DNA from: Octopus vulgaris
Lineage: Eukaryota
Reading direction: 5' to 3'
Length of the DNA: 64,000 nt
NCBI GenBank assembly: GCA_951406725.2
Contig: OX597825.1
Coordinates: 46,996,001-47,060,000 of the forward strand
Shown piece by piece: positions 55,190 through 64,000 of the stretch. The notes beneath the pieces were generated by a model. That model was not told the origin of the DNA and did no database searches. It was given only the letters and a program-made list of their open reading frames with translations. A program made the position numbers and the translations under genes. How positions within the stretch are numbered: the stretch's first letter is position 1; each line of letters begins with the position of its first letter.

Positions 55190-57130
55190 AAGGCGGCGAG
55201 CTGGCAGAATCGTTAGCACGTCGGGCGAAATGCATTGTGGTATATCGTACGTCTGTTGCTGAAGATTTGTTCTTGGAGTGTGTTCGTGAGTTTCTATTAA
55301 TTTTTATATTTCTTGTTGTGCCTATTGTTGGATTTATTGCTGAAAAAGTTGTAGTATAGTTTCTTTTCGAAAGGAATCTGTGGTTTTCCCTTGTGGGGAA
55401 AAACAGTAATTGCCTGCAGAATGCCGAAAAGTTCGTGTTCTTCGTCGGTGGACGAATCGATTGAAAGAGAAGCAAAGAAAATAGAAAGTGTAATTTTTGA
55501 CAATATTTCTGATGTGTCGGAAAACGATTTTCCAACATTACCAAGTGTTACGAACACTAATAGCAAGACGGAAAGAAGGACCATCCAAAATGAAGAAAAG
55601 AAGTTTTGCGTCAGCGGCTGGTGGTGGAACGCGACAGCTGTCAACTGACGCAAAAGAATATTTAAAATATAAAGATATGATAACAGAACGAAATGGAATT
55701 GTAAAATTAGAAATACCAGAAGAAGAATTGACAAAGGAAAAAAACGAAAATCATTATATTTAAGACCTTTTGCTTAAAAGCACGCAAAATTGATAAAATA
55801 AGTGAACAAAAAATTGAAAAATGTTAAAAACCATCTGGCAGGACATTATATATCTAGCCAGAGGGAAGAAGTTTGGAACCATCGTGGTGAGGTTCAAGAA
55901 TGCAGAAACAGCACAAAAGCACTCTATAAAATCTTTAGAGTCGGACGACACTATGTTAATCCCTATCTACATGAGAATGAGAACGTCAAAAGTGCGAATA
56001 CCTAGAATACCTAGGCTACCGTCACAGAAAATACTTACTGGACAGGTCAGAAGCTTAACATCATATTACAGGCTGACTAAAAAAACTTTAGAACAGCTCC
56101 CAGAAATCGTGAAAATAGGGGAGGAAGTTCTAAATATTTTCGTTGAGGGGCGTAAGCCCCGATGTTTCCAGTGTGGCCAACTGGGTCACATTAAAAAATA
56201 CTGTAAAGAAAGTGTAGAAGAATCAGACGGGGATAGGAAGAAAGAGAGAGAACCAGAAGAAAAAAAACAATAAAAAGAAAATGGAAGGATTGAGCCAGCA
56301 AAAGCAGTATTTTTTAATGTGACACAGTTGGCCACACTGGGGAAAAAAAAAAGCCAAGAGAGACAGACCGAAGAAAGCGCGGGGGTGGAGGTAACGAACG
56401 CTATACAGTAAAAACGAAGATTTAATGCGGGAAATAAAAACCAAAAAATCAGCGACTCGATTAACTGAACTGTCAGAGAAATATAAAAACTACGAATTTT
56501 ACGAATGGACGAAAACACGTATAATATGGTGTCTAACACATATAGCAAATCAGTCTCAGCATGGAGACTTGATTTCCACCAATCCATGATTGAAGGCTTA
56601 CCATCTCCGACCCTAAGTCAAGAAAAGGAGGAGAACCCCTCTCCACAAGACCCTAACCCGAACGTCTTTCAGAACAGACCAACCAGTTGATTCTTGTTGG
56701 CACCGTATTCTTCTGGTATTTCTTCTGGCTAAGGCGGCGAGCTGGCAGAACCGTTACCACGCCGGGCGAAATGCTTTGTGGTATTTCGTCCGCCGCTGCG
56801 TTCTGAGTTCAAATTCCGCCGAGGTTGACTTTACCTTTCATCCTTTCGGGTTGATAAATTAAGTACCAATTACGCGCTGGGGTCGATATAATCGACTTAA
56901 TCCGTTTGTCTGTCCTTGTTTGTCCCTTCTGTGTTTAGCCCCTTGTGGGCAGTAAAGAAACAGGTATTTCGTCTGTTGCTACGTTCTGAGTTTAAATTCA
57001 CCGCGGTCGACTTTGCCTTTCATCCTTTCCGGGTCAATAAATTAAGTACCAGTTGCGTACTTGGGTCGATCTAATTGACTAGCCCCGTCCCCCAAAATTT
57101 CGCTCCTTATGCCTATTTTAGAAAAGGATA
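55190..57130 (+). mobile_element. SINE split by a 1.7-kb insertion (gag-like segment + SINE copy 56731-56962)
   Basis: Head 55190-55260; body resumes at 56963. Duplicated target GGTAT(A/T)TCGT..CTGTTGCT at 55239-55260 and 56963-56980. Confidence 0.85.
55261..56704 (+). mobile_element. L1/Tx1-type ORF1 (gag-like) remnant
   Basis: RSFASAA N-terminal motif; CX2CX4HX4C knuckle CFQCGQLGHIKKYC in ORF 55821-56273; frameshifts. Confidence 0.7.
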
Positions 57131-57626
57131 TTATTTACTTTTTATATAAATCTCAGATCACTAAGTCTTCAAAAAAAAAAAAAAATGAGTGTTTATTCAT
57201 TCTTCTCTTAAGAATATATTCTTCTAAGCCATACAAAATTGGTTTTAAACATGTTGACTGGTTACATTTTGTTTTTCCAAAAATTTCTTATTCATATCTG
57301 GCATGGCGGAGTTCTTATCTGGCATGATGGAGTTTTTAACACAGTAACCTTTTACGTTTTATGATATTTTTCGGCAATTTGCTTTCATATGTTTTCAACT
57401 TGTAGGATTACGATTCTATAACAAAAAAATTCAAAATTTGCATTTTAAAAATTTCCTCATCATTTTTCGATTTATTGCTGCAAAAAGGGACTATGATTCA
57501 GTTAAAATAATTTCTTTTTGTAAATTTCAAAATGATTTTCGTGAGACAAAGTATGATAGCTTCTTTCGATTTCTGTGTGTGTTTGTGTTTATGTGTGTGT
57601 GTGTGTGTGTGTACGTGCGTGCGTGC

Positions 57627-57664
<38 letters not shown>

Positions 57665-57759
57665 CTGTGTATACGTAGAGAAACTATGAAGCCTTTCTTT
57701 CTATGCGCTTATACAAATTATGAAATCTATTATACGTTCTTAGTGTGGCGCGCATGTGT

Positions 57760-60480
57760 AAAGGTTGTCTGATAGGTACTGAGGGGATTTCCAAAATGTG
57801 CCAATGCGGAGATGGAGAAACTGCATCGGGTCATCTAGGTCGTATCTAGATAGGGTGTTATGTTGGCTAATAGACAAGGGAAGCATATGTTTTCTACATT
57901 TTCAAAAAGTTGGCTATACAGGCCATTAATATGCATTCTGTACGGTCGACCTACAAAGGCTTCGTAGACAGGGACCCGGTTAATGGAAGCTGAACGCACC
58001 ACTCTCGGAGCGACAAGCTTATAGAGACTGGATTAATGAATTAATCGGGCGTTGACGGATCATTCGGCAACAACAAATGATGGTTTGCCCTGAAAAGGGT
58101 ATTTAGAGTGGAAAAAATTAGGTTTAGTAAGGAATTAGTGATAGGAATAGAATAGAGGGGAACTTCGTTATAGACTTAGAAGAGGCGCTTAGGAAAGTGA
58201 CATGCTCGCGACAAGGGAAATGTTAAAGTGCGTGCTATGAGACACGAAGGTACAAAGGGCGCCAGATGGAGGTGAAAGTTAGCAATTCAGTCATAATGAG
58301 CGCAATCTTCTCGAGCTTGAGCAGATGTGTACGACTTCATTTTAGCAGCACTTCGCTCAACACCATTAGACATGAACAGCTGATCAGAGTGCGCGTCAGT
58401 GCATACCACGACAGCCTGTTGTTACTCTCGGCAAGGGAAGCAGAGTGCGGCGAAAAGCCAATAACAGCCGCGGAAACACGGAAAGCGATGATTGGCTGCA
58501 CGGAGTGGTATAAAATCACCTGGTTTTGATGTTCTACCCTACGAGCTTTGCTTTTATACGTCAGACATTTGTTTGGAAGCCTCTTCGCAGACAAGTAGCG
58601 CAACTGGTTGCAGCACGGCAAAATTCTTAGTTCTGTGTGTTGAGGAGCGATGACACTACTAAGAAAAGACTCAAACAACGGGGACCAAATAGATATTTTA
58701 AGGCTCATAACTTTGCTGAACGTAGATTTCAAAATTTTCTCCAGAGTGTTAGCGAAGAGGTTGGTGCAAACAATCACTACCCCAAGCATATTTATTCATA
58801 ACAAGCTCCAGCTCATGCAATACATCACAGAGAGGATGGGTAAACAACCTCGCATGGGTGGAGTCATAAATAATTTGGATCAGTCAAAGGCTTTCGATAA
58901 AGCTGACCATCGATGCTTAGAGTCTGTTTCCGTAGCGACCCGTTTCGGTACCGTCTTCCGTGGCTGGATTGCCGCAATGCACAGCGACATCTGTTCAGTG
59001 GTTCGTGTGAATATTCACCTAGCATTAAGCACTCGGTTAGTCCCTTCTCATCGCTTCTGCAAGTACTACGGGAACTGGATATGTTGAGAGGCATGTTCTG
59101 TATATGTTCAGAACATAAGACAAACGTGTCGGCATACGTGGACACACCTGGCACACACATGATTTGCACTTCTCTAAGTGCATGCGAGGTGGTTACAGGA
59201 ATGAATATCAACCAAGAAAAGTCAGAGGGTCTGCAGCTTGACAGAAGCAGGTCTATGCCGTGCGGGAGAAACTGGTCCAGGCCGTCCAATATTGTCGTGG
59301 CACGCTGGATAGACTGATCGGTTAAATTGCTCGGGGTTTAGTTTGTTTTAGATGTCTAAATAAAGAAGAATTGGACGAGGCGACGAATAGTGTGGTCATT
59401 CTTAACCAGAAATGGGCCGAGAGGAAGCTATTTCTGAAAGGTCGAAATAGGTGGTGAGTGCATACATCACCACCATCATATATTACCGCCTGACTGTCGT
59501 GTTTTGCCTTAGCTCATGTCTGACTAGAATGGAGGACTTACTCTTCCGCTTTCTGTGGAACGAACGTGTTCCAATGGCCCATTTGTTGTCATCACTCGTG
59601 CCGTGGATGGTAATGCGCAGATATGCGCTCAGACCGCGACATCTCTAGTGTTTCTTTGAGAGTGAGCCAGTGTGGTCGACGTTTGTCAGATTCGCTTTTC
59701 TACAGCTTGTATCTTTGATTTAGCTGCAGTCCTGGATCAAGCGTAGACCGAGGTAGGGTGCCCGACATATAGGGTGCCCGACATATAGGGTGCCCGACAT
59801 ATAGGGTGCCCGACATATAGGGTGCCGTAAAACACTCACAGCCCTCTGTTAGTCGGGCAACAAATCGGTAGAAATTAATTACACTCTAGCATTCTGTAGA
59901 AGTTTAGGGGCAGGTAAGAGCAACAGCGTTCTCAGAGAGACTCTAAGTGCCAACAAGAATCAACTGGTTGGTCTGTTCTGAAAGACGTTCGGGTTAGGGT
60001 CCATGGAGCATTACCTGTTCATGATAAATTCTACAGGTATGGAATTGCCGAAAGCCAGCCTGTCCGAGATGCGTGCAAAGCGAGAAAACTTGTCTGCACG
60101 AATTCGTCCAGTGCCTGAATATTGCTGACTTGAGAGTTTATGTCGAGCTCCAGGTTTTATGTGTAGGAAGGTTATCGGCTGAGCCCTTTGTGAAAGTTGT
60201 CCTCCACTTCCTTTAACTGGAAATGACGGGCAGTATTTATCTGTTTGATGGCCCTAGTGAACGAGGTTGTTTGGTAGACCAGATTGAAAGGGCTAAAGCC
60301 CACATCTACATTTTCAAGTTTTACTTAAAAATGAAAGTCAAGGTTGAGAGGGAAGTGATGTATTCCAGAAAATTCGTTGAAAGGTGGGTGAATGTGGATA
60401 GAATGTGGATAGAATTGCACAGGCCTGCATAAGCATGTGCCTATATATTGAAAGAGGAGCTTGAGGAGTAGACATTTTCC
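57760..60480 (+). mobile_element. Heavily decayed L1/Tx1-type ORF2
   Basis: PITAAE, RLITLLNVDFKIFSRVLAKRL, NLDQSKAFDK.DH, SAYVD, GMNINQEKSEGL, FRFLW, and a CPRC..E...H..V.C knuckle at ~60060-60115. Confidence 0.85.
59754..59826. repeat. Perfect 16-bp tandem repeat (TAGGGTGCCCGACATA) x4.5
   Basis: Direct reading. Confidence 0.97.
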
Positions 60481-60624
60481 CTAGTGGCAAGGGTTACCAA
60501 GTTTTGTGGTGTTTCTACGAGCATCCTTCTTTCGGGGAATTTTATGGCTTGACATCATATTGAATCTGTCCTCGATCTGCTTGAAAACCTTTAGTGGTTA
60601 ATAAAGAAATCATTATATTATTAA

Positions 60625-60825
60625 AAATAGAGGCGAACTGGCAAAATTACTTAATGGCATTTCCCCCGGCTTTACGTTCTGATTCATACAACGCCATGCT
60701 AACCTTTGCCGTTCATATCTTCGAGGCCGATAAAAGAAAGTATCAACCAAGTATTGGGATTGATATAACCAACCAAACTCCTTCTCCCCAAATTGCTGGC
60801 CTTGTGCAAAAATTTGAAATATTTA
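60625..60825 (+). mobile_element. Old SINE copy
   Basis: GGCGAACTGGCAAAAT head, TTACGTTCTGA.TTCA, and tail CCCCAAATTGCTGGCCTTGTGC.AAAATTTGAAA. Confidence 0.65.
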
Positions 60826-61561
60826 CTTCTATCTGTAGATAGAAGAAATTGTAAAAAAATTGAGGATTTTTCTAAAAGTTGCTTACATACTTTTTTTGCT
60901 TCTCTTATTGAATAAGAAACCCAGTGACGCTATTGTCATAGCATATTTCTGTGCGGTTTTCCTATAATGTTGCATTAACTATTCGCTGGTTACTCACTGT
61001 TTGAATGACATGGGAATCTTGCTTCTGTCCGGAGCTTCGGGCGTTCCCTAATGTGTCTTTTACACTAGGCGCCTAGGACTTAAGTATATTATGGTAAAAA
61101 TGACATACAACTAAATCAGACGAGCAGAAAAACACAAGAAATGTCCAATAAATACGGAATTATTTTAAACTAATGAATTAAGAGATCGATAATGACTGGT
61201 AAAGCTTATATTGTGGCATCGACCTGCAAAATTAGCATTTCGAAGAGTGTCTACAAAAATTCAGAAGCTCGATTTTGCGATCCGATACAGATTTATCTTG
61301 GAACAGTATAACACGCTTTTCACAAAAGCACAACAGACACTTCATAGAATTCCGGTATGATCCCGACCTGTAGGTGTTAGCTTTCTCCAAAATAGACCAT
61401 TGTATTTTCAACGGAGCCGAACCAGCTTTTTTTTAAATTACCATACGTGTTTAGATAAACTCGTTGCTGACGTATGTCAATTTTGTATGTAGGCGCATTG
61501 TCAATCTGTACCTTAGTCATATCCACAACACCTTTAATTAGACAACTATCATTTAAAGGTG

Positions 61562-61679
61562 TCTTTGAATTACATTAGGTTCGTTAACAATTACGCTAGG
61601 TTTGCTGAGAATGCTAACATTGTGCTGGTTGGCAAATAAAGTGATCTTTGTGCAACAAGAATAACCAACCGTCAAGGTT
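61562..61679 (+). pseudogene. Possible relic of a Rab/Ras-family small GTPase (alpha3-beta5-G4 region)
   Basis: One frame reads SLNYIRFVNNYARFAENANIVLVGK*SDL, resembling Rab SFNNIxxW...RYASENVNxxLVGNKxDL. Confidence 0.35.
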
Positions 61680-61749
61680 CTGTTTATATATCTGTTTATG
61701 TACGTGTATGTTTAAGTATGAGTCATTTCATGCCTGTGTGTGTATGTGT

Positions 61750-62936
61750 TCGAAATAGTCTTGGAGCTCTTGCGAAGAGATGCCTTTTAACGCCTCCATC
61801 GTTTTTTCTTCACCTCTTCCACATCTGCAAAACGTTTTCCCTTAAGGAATTTTTCATTCGGAGGAGTAAAAAAAAAAAAAAAGTCGCAGGGAGCAAGATA
61901 GAGTGAATAGGGATGGCGGGTAAGCGGGGTCACACCATTTTGGGTCAAAAACTGTCTCACACTCAAGGCAGTGTATGCAGGCGGATTGCCGTGATGAAAA
62001 CACCACTCCCACTTTGTCACATGTCGGGGCGTTTTCGTCTCACCGCGTCTTACAAATACTTCAGAACGACCAAGTAAAGTTTCTGGTTAACAGTTTGACC
62101 TGGAGGAATAAATTCTGTGAGGAAAATTCTTTTCGTATCGATGAAACAAATCAGCATCGTCTTGACATTGGACTTCATTTGAAGCGCTTTGAAGTGTGGT
62201 AACATCAAATGCTTCCATTGATTTGATTGGTGCTTCGTTTCCGAGTCGTAGCCGTAGCACCAGCTTTCGTCACAAGTGGTGGACTTCGATAAAAGGTCCT
62301 GATTAGCATCCAACTGTTCTTTCAGTTTGCGACACGCATTCAGTCGTGACTGTTTTTGATCTTCCGTGAGCAAGTATGACACAAATTTGGCTGTAACATT
62401 CGCAATTCCTCACTTACAATTTGTTTGCAGAAGCACTAGGACAAACCAGTCTCATATCAACAAGTTCGTCAATTGTTCGGCGACGGCCCTCCAAGGTCAG
62501 TTCATGAATTTTCGGGATCTCTTTATTCGTTCGGGAGATCGACAGTCGTCCTGAATGAGGTTGGTCTTCAAGCGACAAGTAACCATTCCTAAAGCGTGAA
62601 AACCGCTCGTGAACATGTGTTTTGCACATGGCAGCGTCCTTGCAAGCTGTTTGAAGCATGACAACTATTTTGGCCATCGTTTTCCCCAGCAGAAACAGAA
62701 ATTTACGGAAGCACTCTGTTCCTTCGTTTCAGCAATCGCAAAAACCGACGAACAGGAGAGAAGCACTGCAAAACGAAGACACACTAAGTAGTAGTAGGAC
62801 TACAGTCGTCGACTCGACACCGGTCGGCAGAATGATGCCTGGGAGTCGCATCAAGTGACCTCTAGCGGCGGAAGCCTGAGCTACAGCGGGCTTGTCCCAC
62901 AGAGAACGTTTCCGATTATTTTTGGGTATCTCCTCG
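61750..62936 (-). mobile_element. mariner transposon, 3'-truncated
   Basis: Minus strand: HERFSRFRNGYLSLEDQPHSGR, LLTEDQK, TCDESWCY, HHGNPPAY, PYSLYLAPCDF; TIR-like end at ~62910-62936. Confidence 0.9.
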
Positions 62937-63603
62937 TGTATGTGTGCGTGCGTGTGCGTGCGTGCCTGTCTGTGTGTATATGTGTGTGTTGATTTATGTG
63001 TATATAGACATATATGTGTATACATGGAAAACTGTGTACTGATATGTGTATGCGTATATACGTGTACCTTTATCTTTTATCATGTACACGTTTCAGTCAT
63101 TTAATTGTGGCCATGCTGGGGCACTGCATTGAAGAATTTAGTTATGCAAATGGACAAAACTACACATTTTCTAAATCTAGTATATACCCTACCATTGCTA
63201 TGGTCGAACTGCTAAATTGCGGAGACATCAACAAAAACCACATCGATTTTCATACAGTTGTGGTCGGGCAGCAAACAAAAGCATATCGATACATACATAT
63301 ATAGCACATATAAATACATATGTGCCTGTGTTTTCGTATACATAAATATATATAGATATGGGTACATATACGTATAGACTTGAGCATGTATGTATATATG
63401 CATACATATATATGTGTGTATATAGATATATATGCATAGTAATTATATACCTGTATATGTGTTTATAGATATATATGTGTATTGGAATGCATATATATAT
63501 ATATATATATATACGTGTATATAAATTTATGTATAGAATGTTTGAAGTAGTGTACTGATATTGTACATTAAGAAAAAGGAATCAGTCAGAATTTTGGATA
63601 ATT

Positions 63604-63648
63604 CTTTATTAACGCTTTCGTTCGTTTAACCGAACTCCTCAAGATAAA
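63604..63648 (-). ncRNA. Minimal hammerhead ribozyme (U3-G8 core or 1-nt indel)
   Basis: Minus strand: TTTATC-TTGAGGA-GTTCG(GTTAAA)CGAAC-GAAA-GCGT-TA-ATAAA; perfect 5-bp stem II. Confidence 0.6.
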
Positions 63649-63914
63649 ACGAGATCTATATGTATGTTGGTACACATTGTTTATTTATATATCTATGTGT
63701 CTGTGTTTGGGAGTGCGTGTGTGAGTATATTTTGTGCATATATATACATACACATGAATATATACTTTTACTAAGTTGAAAAAAAATCTTCACAAACCGT
63801 TTAATAAAAGCATATTACCCTACCTTCGGTATTCGAGAACTATTTTTTCCACCTTGTATATATACATATTCACAAAAATATTCTCCCATACACACCTTTC
63901 CACACACATTCTTG

Positions 63915-64000
63915 TACTTGTTTCAGTCATTTGACTGCATGTATGCTGGAGCACCGCCTTTAGTCAAACAAATCGATCCCAGGAATTATTCTATTGGTCT
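63915..64000 (-). mobile_element. SINE 3' end sharing the CR1-type LINE tail
   Basis: Reverse complement GGCGGTGCTCCAGCAT....GCAGTC...ACTGAAAC matches LINE 3' UTR 24557-24597. Confidence 0.7.

Noticed and set aside
59754-59826. CRISPR-like repeat
   Set aside because: Contiguous 16-bp units with no spacers, no cas genes, and a eukaryotic context.

Overview
AT-rich, repeat-saturated eukaryotic DNA with no intact host gene that I can support. The SINE families, TTAGGG-bearing MITEs and microsatellite load resemble a cephalopod (Octopus-like) intergenic or intronic region; that assignment is an inference. The window holds decayed mobile elements: Mag-type Gypsy LTR elements, Penelope-like elements (PLEs) with minimal hammerhead ribozymes, CR1/L2-type, RTE and Tx1-type LINEs, mariner/Tigger/Merlin-like DNA transposons, Helentron-type non-autonomous elements and tRNA-like SINEs. 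Four observations stand out. (1) Several distinct R4/Dong-type RLE retrotransposon families and a ~550-bp non-coding passenger element (5 copies) are stacked in (TAA)n tracts, including a 1.7-kb (TTA)n/(TAA)n fold-back. (2) Two independent insertions, one SINE variant and one Tx1-like gag element, hit the same nucleotide inside a host SINE, suggesting a SINE-targeting retrotransposon system. (3) A PLE N-terminus appears to carry a Ulp1/SENP-like protease domain. (4) PLE hammerheads show covariation at the catalytic 3-8 base pair. All identifications were made by eye from motifs; boundaries of decayed elements are approximate.
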